From contig JAKIVR010000004.1 of the NCBI GenBank assembly GCA_022750455.1, positions 1-63,927 on the forward strand: a stretch of DNA of 63,927 nucleotides, written 5' to 3'. The stretch is from Thermoplasmata archaeon (lineage in GTDB: Archaea > Thermoplasmatota > Thermoplasmata > Lutacidiplasmatales > UBA184). Both the position numbers and the translations under genes were made by a program. Shown here in pieces: positions 1-9,616 of the stretch; within the stretch, counting starts at the first letter, position 1, and every line of letters starts with the position of its first letter. The notes under the pieces were generated by a model that searched no databases, was not told where the DNA came from, and was given only the letters and a program-made list of their open reading frames with translations.

Positions 1-372
1 ATCGACCTCCGCCGGCACCGAGAGTCCGGTCGTCCCGACGTCGAGACGATCGGCCTCGGGTGGGAGCCGGGCGATCAGCGCGCGAAGGAGTGGCTCGGCA
101 CCTTCGATCCCCGGGAGCGTCACGCCCTGATGGATGTGGCCGTACCCCCGGTGCTCCCGCAACGAGAGCAACGCGAGCGCGGCGACCTCCGCGCCCTCCC
201 GGACCAGGAATCCCTCCAGCCGACCTTCCGAGAGGTCCTCCGCCGCCGTGTCCGGCCAACTCGGTCCCAGCCGCTCCGAGCGCCCTTGCAAGGCGCGCCA
301 CATCCCATGGGTCATCGGGAGCAGGTCGACCGGCGAGAGACCCCGGGCGGGCTCGACCACTCTCTCGACCAT
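1..372 (-). CDS. Hypothetical protein, partial (runs off window start), possibly GNAT-like
   Basis: Manually read open frame from ATG at 372 (MVERVVEPARGLSPVDLLPMTHGMWRALQGR...) with no stop before base 1; co-oriented downstream of prs. Confidence 0.5.
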   Translation of the reverse strand, partial: MVERVVEPARGLSPVDLLPMTHGMWRALQGRSERLGPSWPDTAAEDLSEGRLEGFLVREGAEVAALALLSLREHRGYGHIHQGVTLPGIEGAEPLLRALIARLPPEADRLDVGTTGLSVPAEVD

Positions 373-490
373 GGCGGTCAACTGGCTCGCCCGCCCAAGG
401 CCATTTCGGTCGGGGGAGCGGCCGGGCGACCGGCGCCCCCCCCGAGGGACGCCGGCCCGAAACTCGGGCGGCAGGCGGAGGTGGACGCCC

Positions 491-1369
491 TTACGCGCGG
501 GCCCCGGCGTCCCGGAGGATCTGCGCGATGTCGGGGGCCACGCTCGCCTTCTCGGCCGGATTGTCGAGAGTATCCGTCGAGTAGAGTCCGGTCGCGACGG
601 CCTTGATCCGCTCAAAGGCATCCCGGAGGAACAGGCCGTGGGTGCAGGCGGCGACGACCGTGCTGACGTGTTGGCGTCGGATCAGACGAGCGGCCTCGAC
701 GATCGTCCCCCCCGTCGAGATGACATCGTCGAGGATGACGGCATGCGTCCCGTCGAGAGAGATCGGCAGGTTGTTCGGGATCGTGAGCTCGACGTGTTCG
801 CTGTCGATGCGCTTCTTTTCCAGGGCGAACCACGGACGGTCGAGGATCTCCGCCATCCGGCGGACGCGATCGACGCCGCCCCGGTCCGGGGAGACGAGGA
901 CATCGACGTTTCGCTCCCGGAGCAGTCGGGCGATCGCGGGGATGCCGCTCGCCTCGAACGCGGGCTTCGTGAACGACTCCAACGTCTGATGGGAGTGCAG
1001 GTCCACGGTGATCACGGCGTCGGCGCCGATCTCGACGTGCCGCACCAGCGTGCGAGCGCTCACCGGCTCGCCGGGGAAGAACGAGCGGTCCTGCCGCGCG
1101 TAGCCGAAATACGGGATGACGACGAAGACGCGCTTCGCCCCGGCCTCCCGGACGGCGTCCTCGAGCAGAAGCAGCTCCATCAGGTTCTCATCGCTCCGGG
1201 TCGATTGGACGACGACGGCGTCCTCCCCTTCCATGCGGCCGCCGACGCGGACGTACATCTCGCCGTCCGGGAACCGCTTCATGAATGGGAAGGCGAATGG
1301 GACGTTCCCGAGCTCCCGGGAGATCCGTTCGGCGAGCGCGGTCGATGCGGAGCCCCCCACGACGTGCAT
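491..1369 (-). CDS. prs: Ribose-phosphate pyrophosphokinase (archaeal type)
   Basis: FPDGEMYVR, PYFGYARQDR, VDLHS and VILDDVISTGGT PRPP-binding motifs. Confidence 0.95.
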   Translation of the reverse strand: MHVVGGSASTALAERISRELGNVPFAFPFMKRFPDGEMYVRVGGRMEGEDAVVVQSTRSDENLMELLLLEDAVREAGAKRVFVVIPYFGYARQDRSFFPGEPVSARTLVRHVEIGADAVITVDLHSHQTLESFTKPAFEASGIPAIARLLRERNVDVLVSPDRGGVDRVRRMAEILDRPWFALEKKRIDSEHVELTIPNNLPISLDGTHAVILDDVISTGGTIVEAARLIRRQHVSTVVAACTHGLFLRDAFERIKAVATGLYSTDTLDNPAEKASVAPDIAQILRDAGARA

Positions 1370-1438
1370 TGAAGCTGCCTCCTACTACTCAGAGAGGACG
1401 GTGGAAAAGGATTGTCCTGAACGCCCCCGGGCGGGCGG

Positions 1439-2944
1439 TCACGTCGGCGAGCTGGGGGGTGGGGGCCCTTCCCGCGCCGGGGAGGCGGGAATCCCCACGA
1501 GCGTCGTCCCTGTGGCGGTGCGTCCCCGGGAGAACGAGACCGCCGCGGCGGCGAGGACGAGGAAGGCCGACACGAGGAACGCCGCGTGCAGCCCGCTGAC
1601 GAACAGGGAATCGAGCTGCGACGCCGTGAGTCCCAACGACGCCAGGCTGGCGGGCGTGAACGCCCCTCCGAACAAGAGGGGCGCGATGCCGCTCGGAAGG
1701 CGGCTGGTGAGGAGCACGAGGGCGAGCACGTAGCTCAGCGCCACGGCCGAGTTCCGGAACGTCATCATCGTCCCCGAAGCGACGCCGTACCGCTCCCGGG
1801 GCACGGAGCCCATCGTCGCCGCCGTGTTCGCCGGGAAGAACAGTCCGGCCCCGACGCCGAGGATTCCCTCGAACCCCGCCACGACCCAGAGCGGCGTGGA
1901 GGTGTCGATCGTGGACATGAGGAAGATCGCCAGGGCCTGGACCAGCAGTCCGGAGGTCGCCAGGACGCGCGGGCCATACCGGTCCGAGAGCCGGCCACCG
2001 ATCGGGGCGAGGATCATCAGGCTGACGAACAGCGGTACGAGCAGGGACGACGCCGTGAGGACGGAGACGCCCCGGATCCCCTGGAAGTAGGCCATCAGCA
2101 GGAAGTTCGTCGCGAAGAGGGCGACCCCCTGCAGGATCGACGTGAGGAGGGAGAGGCTGAACATCGGCTCGTTGAAGAGGCTCAACGGCAGGATCGGGTC
2201 GCGGCTCCCGTACCGCTCCCAGAGGTAGAATCCGACGAGGAGCGGGAGGCCGGCGAGGACCGGGCCGAGCGTGCCGAGGCTCGTCCATCCGAACAGGATC
2301 CCCTCGGTGATGCCGTAGAGGATCGTGACGAGCCCGGCCGTGAACAGGATCGCCGCCGGGAAGTCGAACGTGTCCTTCGGATTCGGCGTGACCGACTCCC
2401 TCAGGATCCACGCCCCGAGGGCGGTCGCCACGACGCCGATCGGGAGGTTGATCCAGAAGATCCACCGCCAGGAGGTGATGGTGAGGATCGTGCCTCCGAC
2501 GAAGATCCCGGCGACCGAGCCGACGCCCCAGACGATGGAGATGAGCCCGAACGCTCGCCCTCGCTCCGCCGCGGGGAACGCGTCGGAGACGATGGCGAAG
2601 GAGTTGGCGACGAGCATGGCGCCTCCGACGCCCTGGAGGGCCCGGAAGCCGATCAGGTCGAGACCGTTCGCGGCAAATCCGCAGAGCGCGCTCCCGATGG
2701 TGAAGACCACGAAGCCGGCGAGATACAGTCGACGCCGACCTTTCATGTCCGCGAGTCGGCCGAGCGAGAGGACGAGCGCGGTGCCCATCACCAGGTAGAT
2801 GAGGAGCACCCAGACCATGTCGACGAGGCTCGCATTGAGGTCCCGAGCGACGGACGGGAACCCGATGATGAGCACGGTCGAATCGATCGACCCCATCAGG
2901 CTGCCGAGGCTCACGATGGCGAGCGCCTTCCACTTGTAGTCCAT
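1439..2944 (-). CDS. MFS transporter, DHA2/EmrB-QacA type (14 TMS)
   Basis: LGRLADMKGRRR motif A, RALQGVGGA, WRWIFWINLPIG; many hydrophobic segments. Confidence 0.9.
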   Translation of the reverse strand: MDYKWKALAIVSLGSLMGSIDSTVLIIGFPSVARDLNASLVDMVWVLLIYLVMGTALVLSLGRLADMKGRRRLYLAGFVVFTIGSALCGFAANGLDLIGFRALQGVGGAMLVANSFAIVSDAFPAAERGRAFGLISIVWGVGSVAGIFVGGTILTITSWRWIFWINLPIGVVATALGAWILRESVTPNPKDTFDFPAAILFTAGLVTILYGITEGILFGWTSLGTLGPVLAGLPLLVGFYLWERYGSRDPILPLSLFNEPMFSLSLLTSILQGVALFATNFLLMAYFQGIRGVSVLTASSLLVPLFVSLMILAPIGGRLSDRYGPRVLATSGLLVQALAIFLMSTIDTSTPLWVVAGFEGILGVGAGLFFPANTAATMGSVPRERYGVASGTMMTFRNSAVALSYVLALVLLTSRLPSGIAPLLFGGAFTPASLASLGLTASQLDSLFVSGLHAAFLVSAFLVLAAAAVSFSRGRTATGTTLVGIPASPAREGPPPPSSPT

Positions 2945-3019
2945 GTCTCAATCCATGAGGTAGTTGCCGTGCGGAAAAATAAGCGTACTCTCCCGGCGGG
3001 GTAACCATCGAGCCGGGGC

Positions 3020-4357
3020 TTACAGATCTCCGTCGTCGTCGTCGTCAGGCTTGTGCCGGTGTGCCACGTGGGATGGTCGGCTCGGCTTCGATTTTTCGGG
3101 CCGGTGGACGTTCGGTTTGGGACGGCCCGATCCCGTGTGGGCCAACTTGTGCGCGTCAATGTGCACCTGCTTGGTCTTCTTCGCCGCCGCCGAATGGGCC
3201 TTGGGTCGGGGCGGGTCGCCGTCCTCCGCGTCCTCCTCCGAGCCGTCCCCCCGGGACGGGAGAAGGTGCACGAGCCGATTCCAAAAGCTCTCCGGTAGAT
3301 CCGGCGGCGGAGCCTCGCCCCGGCGCCGCGCCTCGCGGCGGTCCTCGTACCGCCGGACCGCCAGATGGATCGCGTACGCGATCAGGATGATGCCCGCGAA
3401 GCTGAGGCCCATGTACGTCCACGACTGGGACGGTACTTCGGAGGTGGTGCCCTGCAACAGCAGCTTGAGGGAGCCGTACCAGGGAATCATCCCCCGGGCG
3501 ACGCCGAGGACCCAGCCGTACTCCACCAAGGAGGAGAGACCGACGTCCTGGTCGGGGTTTCCTGTCCCTGGATTCCCCGGCTGGTAGTTGTTGTCGCCCA
3601 TGGTGACGAAGCCCGAGTGGGCCCCGATGGAGGCAGCCTGGAGCGGCACCGCGACCGTCACCGACTGCCAGCCGACGTCGTACAGGTTCAGCGTGCCGGT
3701 CTCGTTCTGCGGGTCGCAGCTCGTCAGGCCGGATACGGTCGAGAAACGGTACGCGAGTTCCGCCGTCGGGGAGCAGGCCAGACCTTGGAGGTCGGGCGCC
3801 GAATACGCGCCGGTCGCGGGATTGTATTCGAGGAAGAGGAGAGCGCGGTGGATGATCGGGGTGTACGAGGTGTCGCCGAACGGGTGGTACAGGAGGACGT
3901 CCCCGAATTCACCATAGGTGGTATACCCGGTCTGTTCGCCGACGACGTACGGCGTGATGTCGGAGGAGGGGATGCTCTGCGCGAGCACGAGGTCCCCGGT
4001 GTTGATCAGCCCGACGTGGTCGTCGGGGCCATGCTGCATACTGTCGGACTCGACCACGTACACCGGCGGCCAGTTCTGGGTATACGCGAAGAGGCCGGCG
4101 AGAAGTAGGATGATGATGCAGAGGGCGATGACCGGCTCGAACCAGAGCGAGTCCCTCGCCCGGAAGTAGACCGATCTCTTGGGGGTCGGCGCGTCGTCGT
4201 CCTCTTCGTCCGCCTCGTCGTCGCGCGAGCGGGACGACCAATTCTGCACCGGCTTGGGTCCCGACGTGGTACGGGTCGATCGCCGGCGGCGGGGCTTCGG
4301 CGTCTCCTCCAATTCCGGCTCGTCGTCGTCCTCCGATTCGGAGGCGCGGACCGGCAT
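3020..4357 (-). CDS. S26 family signal peptidase I (archaeal Ser-His type) with charged low-complexity termini
   Basis: TM helix followed by VVESDSMQH (Ser) and IIHRA (His); start moved to ATG 4357 (alternative 4366). Confidence 0.8.
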   Translation of the reverse strand: MPVRASESEDDDEPELEETPKPRRRRSTRTTSGPKPVQNWSSRSRDDEADEEDDDAPTPKRSVYFRARDSLWFEPVIALCIIILLLAGLFAYTQNWPPVYVVESDSMQHGPDDHVGLINTGDLVLAQSIPSSDITPYVVGEQTGYTTYGEFGDVLLYHPFGDTSYTPIIHRALLFLEYNPATGAYSAPDLQGLACSPTAELAYRFSTVSGLTSCDPQNETGTLNLYDVGWQSVTVAVPLQAASIGAHSGFVTMGDNNYQPGNPGTGNPDQDVGLSSLVEYGWVLGVARGMIPWYGSLKLLLQGTTSEVPSQSWTYMGLSFAGIILIAYAIHLAVRRYEDRREARRRGEAPPPDLPESFWNRLVHLLPSRGDGSEEDAEDGDPPRPKAHSAAAKKTKQVHIDAHKLAHTGSGRPKPNVHRPEKSKPSRPSHVAHRHKPDDDDDGDL

Positions 4358-4392
4358 CCGCCCCATTCCCGGCCAACTCCGTCGGAACGGTC

Positions 4393-5103
4393 TTAACTCT
4401 GCTGTTCGACGGGTACCTCGGTCAAGCTTCCGTCGCCGACCCAGAGCCGGACCAACGTCATCGCGACCAGCACGAACGGGATCAGGATCAGGTCGCTGCC
4501 CGGCCAGTTCACGCCGAGAGCGCTCCCCGCCCAGAAGGTGGCGAACGAGAACAACATCCCTGTGCCGAACAGCTTGAGCTGGGGGACCTTGATGCGCCGG
4601 ACGCGCTCCTGGACGAGGAACGTGGCGACGACCAGGATCGCCCCCGCCGTCAGCGCTCCCACCACGGCCGATGTCCCCTCCCCCGCCGCGGAGAGGGAGA
4701 GGAGGACGACGACCGCCTCGAGGGTCTCGACGGCGCCGGCGGTGAAGCCGCCGGCAAACTGCACCGCTCGGTGCATGGGGGCGGCGGTGCCGGCCGGTTG
4801 CAGGCGGGCGAGGGCGGCCTTCCGGTAGGCTTTCCGGGTGGAGCGCGCGAGGACGATTCCGAAGCCCGCCAGCAGGATCGCCGCCACGCCCAGGAGCCAA
4901 TCGGCCGGCAACCGCTCGATGACCGCCCCCGTCGCGATGGCGGCGCCGGCGACGACGGCGGTCCCGGCCGCGGCGCCCGCCGCGGCATGACGGAGACTCC
5001 CCTCCCCGGCATTGATCGCGAAAACGAGGACGACGACCTCGGTCATCTCGATCAGGACGATGACGAGGGCGAGGAGGAAGGCGGCGGGGTCGAGCGAGAC
5101 CAC
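4393..5103 (-). CDS. Membrane protein, TMEM165/GDT1-like (COG4280 type)
   Basis: Two repeated halves with IEMTEVVVLV / VETLEAVVVL motifs; six TM segments; GTG start chosen. Confidence 0.7.
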   Translation of the reverse strand: MVSLDPAAFLLALVIVLIEMTEVVVLVFAINAGEGSLRHAAAGAAAGTAVVAGAAIATGAVIERLPADWLLGVAAILLAGFGIVLARSTRKAYRKAALARLQPAGTAAPMHRAVQFAGGFTAGAVETLEAVVVLLSLSAAGEGTSAVVGALTAGAILVVATFLVQERVRRIKVPQLKLFGTGMLFSFATFWAGSALGVNWPGSDLILIPFVLVAMTLVRLWVGDGSLTEVPVEQQS

Positions 5104-5171
5104 AGGGTCCCGTGGACAGAGAAGCCTATTACACCGACCCCGGTCAAAATTCTCGGGCACCTCGAAAAACC

Positions 5172-5804
5172 ATGGGTATGTTCGACATCAGTATCCCCAT
5201 CCGCGACGGGATGCCCGTCGTCCCGGGGGACCCCAAGGTCTCCATCCGGCGCGTCCGGTCGCTCGACCGGGGCGACGCGTACAACCTGTCGTCGGTGAGC
5301 CTGGGCTCCCACACCGGGACCCACGTCGATCCCCCGAACCACTTCGTGGCCGGAGGGGAGACGATCGACCAGATCGATCTGAACCGGTTGAACGGCCCCT
5401 GCTGGGTCGTCTCGGTCGCTCCGGGGAGCGCCTTGATCACGCCCCAGGACATCGATCGCGCTCCCGCGGGCGCCGAGCGGGTGCTGTTCCACACCTCGAA
5501 CTCGGATCGGTGGGCTCAGGCGCCGGACGAATACTTCTCGAACTACGTGGCGCTCTCCCTCGAAGCGGCCGATCGGCTTCTCCAGCTGGGGATCCGGCTC
5601 GTCGGCATCGATGCCCTCTCGATCGAATCCGATCCGACGGGGACGTACCCGGTCCACCAGCGCCTCCTCGGCGGTGGAGCTCTTCTGTTGGAGGGGCTCC
5701 AACTCCACGGCGTGCCCTCCGCGGGGTTCGAACTTCGCTGCTTACCCCTAAGGATCGCCGGAGGGGATGGCGGACCGTGCCGAGCCGTGTTGCTCGGAAG
5801 GTAG
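5172..5804 (+). CDS. Cyclase family metal-dependent hydrolase (kynurenine formamidase-like)
   Basis: HTGTHVDPPNH metal motif, VGIDALS, PVHQRLL, LLLEGL. Confidence 0.88.
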   Translation: MGMFDISIPIRDGMPVVPGDPKVSIRRVRSLDRGDAYNLSSVSLGSHTGTHVDPPNHFVAGGETIDQIDLNRLNGPCWVVSVAPGSALITPQDIDRAPAGAERVLFHTSNSDRWAQAPDEYFSNYVALSLEAADRLLQLGIRLVGIDALSIESDPTGTYPVHQRLLGGGALLLEGLQLHGVPSAGFELRCLPLRIAGGDGGPCRAVLLGR

Positions 5805-5813
5805 GCGGATCTC

Positions 5814-6254
5814 GTGGCGTTCCCCCCGTGGCCCGGCGCCGGGCACCATCCGCTCTCGCTCGCCAATCCGTCGTTCTACCTGCTCGTCGCGATCATCGTC
5901 GTCTTCGCCGGGATGTACGCGTTCATGTGCGTGCGATACCCCCGGCGCAAGCGAGGGCTCGAAGGGTTCCGAGAGGCGGCGACCATCTCGCTGGGGTTCC
6001 TCGCCTTTTCGGTCGTGCTGGTCGTGGTGCTCGCCATGAAGGACCCCGTGGGGAATCTGAGCGCGTACGCGCTCGACCAGGTGGTGCTGCAGGGCTACTG
6101 GCTGACGTTCTCCGTCCCCGTGGTGACCGTCGGAAGTTCGGTGCACACCCGGACCCGCGGGGGGATCCCGTGGCTCGTCCCGTCGCTCCTTCTCGCGGTG
6201 ACGATGTTCGCCGTCCTGTTCGCGTTCTACTTCTACGTCGCCCCGCCGGGCTGA
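5814..6254 (+). CDS. Hypothetical membrane protein (about 4 TM)
   Basis: Hydrophobic ORF directly after the cyclase gene. Confidence 0.65.
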   Translation: MAFPPWPGAGHHPLSLANPSFYLLVAIIVVFAGMYAFMCVRYPRRKRGLEGFREAATISLGFLAFSVVLVVVLAMKDPVGNLSAYALDQVVLQGYWLTFSVPVVTVGSSVHTRTRGGIPWLVPSLLLAVTMFAVLFAFYFYVAPPG

Positions 6255-6266
6255 ACGACCGGGGCG

Positions 6267-6455
6267 CTACGGGGGCGCCGAGGAGTCCGGGGGCAGAAGA
6301 TTCGGGATCCCGTCCTCGATCGGATACTCGGCCGGACACTTCGGGCACGACAGCGTCCCGGTCCAGATCTCCCCGTCCCTCTCGGACGCGATGGTCAACC
6401 GAAGCTCCCCCCGGCAGACGGGACAGCACAGGATCTCGAGAAGCCCGGGCTGCAT
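6267..6455 (-). CDS. trm112: Trm112-like methyltransferase activator
   Basis: LLEILCCPVCRGEL...LSCPKCPAEYPIEDGIPNLLP, 62 aa Zn knuckle. Confidence 0.9.
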   Translation of the reverse strand: MQPGLLEILCCPVCRGELRLTIASERDGEIWTGTLSCPKCPAEYPIEDGIPNLLPPDSSAPP

Positions 6456-6461
6456 GATCGC

Positions 6462-7694
6462 CTACCCCTCGACGATCCCGTAGCCGATCAGACGCCACGC
6501 ATTCAGCCGGCGCGAGATGGCGACGCGCGAGCCGGGGAAGACGGTGACCGTTCGTCCCAAGGTGAGCTCGACCTCGTCACCGCGAGCGCTCGTGACCTTG
6601 CCCGGCGCGATTGTGGTGCCGACGGTGACGGCGAGGACCTCGCTCGTCCGGATCTTCTCCACCTTCAGCTCCCGTTCGATCCCGAGGACCCGGTCCATCA
6701 ACGTCGCCTTCAGCCGAAGCTTCTGCGTGACGGGAGGGAGGGTGCCGGGCGTGCCCACGAGCCGGCCCGTCAAGCGGTCGGCCTTGGTGAGGGCAGGGTC
6801 GAGCGAGGTTCCGATCGCGGAGAGACCGCCGGGATGGAGCTCCTTGAGCTCCTGGCCCCCGGCGATCAGCGAGAGGATGCGCGTTCGGATCGACTCTCCC
6901 GAGCCGGGGGCGGCCCCGGGGCCCGAGAGACCGGGACGGATCTCGATCTCATCCCCGACCTTCAACCGTCCCTGGATGAGGGAGCCGCCGAGGACCCCGC
7001 CTTGGAGCCCCGCGGGGCGCGTGCCCGGGCGGTTGATGTCGAACGATCGGGCGACGTAGAGGAGCGGGGGTTTGGTCAGGTCGCGCTTCGGGGTCGGGAT
7101 CGTCTCCTCGATCGTCTCGATGAGCGCGTCGATGTTCACCTTGTGGTTCGCCGAGATCGGCACGATCGGGGCCGACTCGATCGGCGACCCCTTCAGGAAC
7201 TGTGTGATCTGCTTGTAGTTCTCCGTCGCCTTGGCGTCGGAGAGCAGGTCGATCTTGTTCTGGACGACGACGACCTTGTGGACGCCGATGATGTCGAGCG
7301 CGTAGAGGTGCTCCCGGGTCTGCGGCTGCGGGACCTTCTCGTTCCCCGCCACCAACAGGAGCGCCCCATCCATGATCGCCGCGCCGCTCAACATCGTCGC
7401 CATCAGCGTCTCGTGGCCGGGCGCGTCCACGAACGAAACGGCTCGGAGGAACTTTCCCTTCGTACTGCAGTTGGGGCAGGTCGGGGACGTGGAGTAGCAC
7501 TCGGGAGCCGGGCAGTTCGGGCACTTGTAGAACGCGGAGTCCGCGTACCCGAGCTTGATGGAGATCCCGCGCTTCAGCTCCTCCGAGTGACGGTCCGTCC
7601 ACTCGCCGGTCAGGGACTGAGTGAGCGTGGTCTTTCCATGGTCAACATGGCCCACCAGGCCGATGTTGACTTCGGGTTGACGAGGCGCCTTCAT
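6462..7694 (-). CDS. eif2g: Translation initiation factor 2 gamma subunit
   Basis: GHVDHGKTT, RGISIKLGYAD, Zn knuckle, DAPGHE, QPQTREH, NKID. Confidence 0.97.
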   Translation of the reverse strand: MKAPRQPEVNIGLVGHVDHGKTTLTQSLTGEWTDRHSEELKRGISIKLGYADSAFYKCPNCPAPECYSTSPTCPNCSTKGKFLRAVSFVDAPGHETLMATMLSGAAIMDGALLLVAGNEKVPQPQTREHLYALDIIGVHKVVVVQNKIDLLSDAKATENYKQITQFLKGSPIESAPIVPISANHKVNIDALIETIEETIPTPKRDLTKPPLLYVARSFDINRPGTRPAGLQGGVLGGSLIQGRLKVGDEIEIRPGLSGPGAAPGSGESIRTRILSLIAGGQELKELHPGGLSAIGTSLDPALTKADRLTGRLVGTPGTLPPVTQKLRLKATLMDRVLGIERELKVEKIRTSEVLAVTVGTTIAPGKVTSARGDEVELTLGRTVTVFPGSRVAISRRLNAWRLIGYGIVEG

Positions 7695-8071
7695 GAAGCA
7701 GGTTGCAGCAGCTCCGCGAGCGGCTTCTTGCCTCGCTGCTCAACCGTGAGATTGATCTGAACCGTCTCCTCGCTGATGGTGCCGCCGCGGTACGTCCGCC
7801 GGCGGTGCTGTCCGTGGCGGGGCGCGTGGAAGCCGAACCCATCGCCCACGAAGAGGCGCTGTTGACGCCCGCCGGGAAGATCCCCCCGGAGCGGGAACCC
7901 GCTGCGGTCGGTTCCCCCCGAGATCCGGAACGTGTACCCTTCGACGCCGAACAGCTCCCCTCCGACGACCTCTCCGATCCGCTTGCCGAGGAAGCCGGCG
8001 GCGGGGGCGTCGTTGACGCTCCGGGCGTAGGAGCTGGGACCGTCCGCGAGGACGAGCTTGAATTCGACCAT
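7691..8071 (-). CDS. rps6e: 30S ribosomal protein S6e
   Basis: GKRIGEVVGG, RISGGTDRSGFP, RRTYRGGTIS...QIN; canonical adjacency to eIF2-gamma. Confidence 0.93.
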   Translation of the reverse strand: MVEFKLVLADGPSSYARSVNDAPAAGFLGKRIGEVVGGELFGVEGYTFRISGGTDRSGFPLRGDLPGGRQQRLFVGDGFGFHAPRHGQHRRRTYRGGTISEETVQINLTVEQRGKKPLAELLQPAS

Positions 8072-8234
8072 GAGGGGAGTGGGGCGCGGGAGTTTCGGTC
8101 CCTTTAAGAGCTTGTCCGGGGGCGAATTCCCATCGAAAAGCTGCGGGTGACATCAGGCCCTCGGACCAGGGCCGCGCCTGCATCGCCTCCATTAAGAGAC
8201 GGGCTCCTGCTCCGAACCTCGAGGCCGTTCGAGC

Positions 8235-9143
8235 GTGTCGTTCCCCTTCGCCCCCGCGTCCCTCGGAGCGTTGGTCCTCGTCGTCGGTCTCGGGTACGCC
8301 TCATGGCTCGACTGGACCGAGCGGGAGGTCGAGGACGAGCTCTGGGCTGGGCTCGGGATCATCGGCGCCGTCCTCGGGGCGGTCGCCTTCGTTCCGGCGA
8401 CCCCGATGGCGCTCGGGCTCTGGGCCTTGACGAGCGTCTTCGTGCTGGAGCATTTCCTCCCCTGGGACCTGGCGGTCGAGAAGTGGAACGCCGACGCCCC
8501 GGGGTGGATCGAGGCGGGCGCGTACGGCGGGGTCGCCCTGCTCGTCGGCGGATTGGCGTACGTCGATGGGATCGGAAACTCGGGCGTCCCGACCCCGGTC
8601 CTCGCCGTGCTGCTCTCCGTCTACCTGGCCCGAGGACTGTTCGAGGCCGGGGTCCTCTGGGGGGGCGCCGACGCCAAGGCCGTGATGGCCGCGGCCCTTG
8701 TCCTGCCGTTCGCGCCGACGGCCATCTTCTCGGCTCTCGCCGGAAGCTCCGCCGCGTTGGCCCCGCTGCCGTTCGGCTGGGTGCTCGTGATGAACGGAGC
8801 CCTTCTGGCGATCGCCATCCCGATCGCCATCACCCTGCGCAACATCGCCCGCGGGACGTTCGAGTTCCCCCGCGGCATCACCCAGTATCCGGTGCCCGTG
8901 GTGTCGCTGCCCGATCTGTTCGTGTGGGTCAAGGACCCGTTCCTGGACCGGAGCGTCGAGGACGCGGAGAGTTCGGAGGATGACCGCGCGATCCGGATCC
9001 GCCAGAAGATCGAGCTGGAATCGAAGGGGATCACGACCGTCTGGGTCACGCCCCAGATCCCGTTCGTGGTGCTGTTGTGGGGCGGGGCGCTCGCCACGTT
9101 CCTCGTCGGGAACATCCTCTTCGCGATCTTGGGGGCCCTTTGA
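8235..9143 (+). CDS. A24 family prepilin/preflagellin peptidase
   Basis: N-terminal D...R.V.D..W motif, GGADAK aspartate motif, C-terminal VWVTPQIPF. Confidence 0.8.
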   Translation: MSFPFAPASLGALVLVVGLGYASWLDWTEREVEDELWAGLGIIGAVLGAVAFVPATPMALGLWALTSVFVLEHFLPWDLAVEKWNADAPGWIEAGAYGGVALLVGGLAYVDGIGNSGVPTPVLAVLLSVYLARGLFEAGVLWGGADAKAVMAAALVLPFAPTAIFSALAGSSAALAPLPFGWVLVMNGALLAIAIPIAITLRNIARGTFEFPRGITQYPVPVVSLPDLFVWVKDPFLDRSVEDAESSEDDRAIRIRQKIELESKGITTVWVTPQIPFVVLLWGGALATFLVGNILFAILGAL

Positions 9144-9193
9144 TCGCCGTCCGGTCGTCCCCAAAGCTTCTTAGCCGGCGTTCGGTCCTTTAG

Positions 9194-9616
9194 GTGGGTA
9201 TGGGGCGGAAGAAGGTCGAAACGCCGGTGCGGGTCCTCATCGCCAAGCCCGGCCTCGACGGGCACGATCGGGGCGCCAAGATCGTCGCTCGCGCCCTGCG
9301 GGACGCGGGCATGGAAGTGATCTATGCCGGTCTCCGCCAGACCCCAGAGGAGATCGTGCAGAGCGCGCGCGACGAGGACGTCGATCTGATCGGTCTCTCG
9401 ATCCTCTCGGGCGCCCACATGGTCCTCTTCCCCAAGGTGTTGAAGCTGCTGAAGTCCGCTCGCGGTCGGAGCATCCCCGTCTTCGCCGGCGGGATCATCC
9501 CCGACGAGGACGCCCGGCGCCTGAAGCGGCTCGGCGTCAAGGCGATCTTCGGACCCGGGGCGTCGCTCGAGGAGATCATCCTGACCGCCCGCCGCATCGC
9601 GCGTCCCCGGGCGTGA
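9194..9616 (+). CDS. Cobalamin-binding domain protein (methylmalonyl-CoA mutase small subunit)
   Basis: KPGLDGHDRGAK (DxHxxG), IGLSILSGAH, GGIIP. Confidence 0.93.
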   Translation: MGMGRKKVETPVRVLIAKPGLDGHDRGAKIVARALRDAGMEVIYAGLRQTPEEIVQSARDEDVDLIGLSILSGAHMVLFPKVLKLLKSARGRSIPVFAGGIIPDEDARRLKRLGVKAIFGPGASLEEIILTARRIARPRA

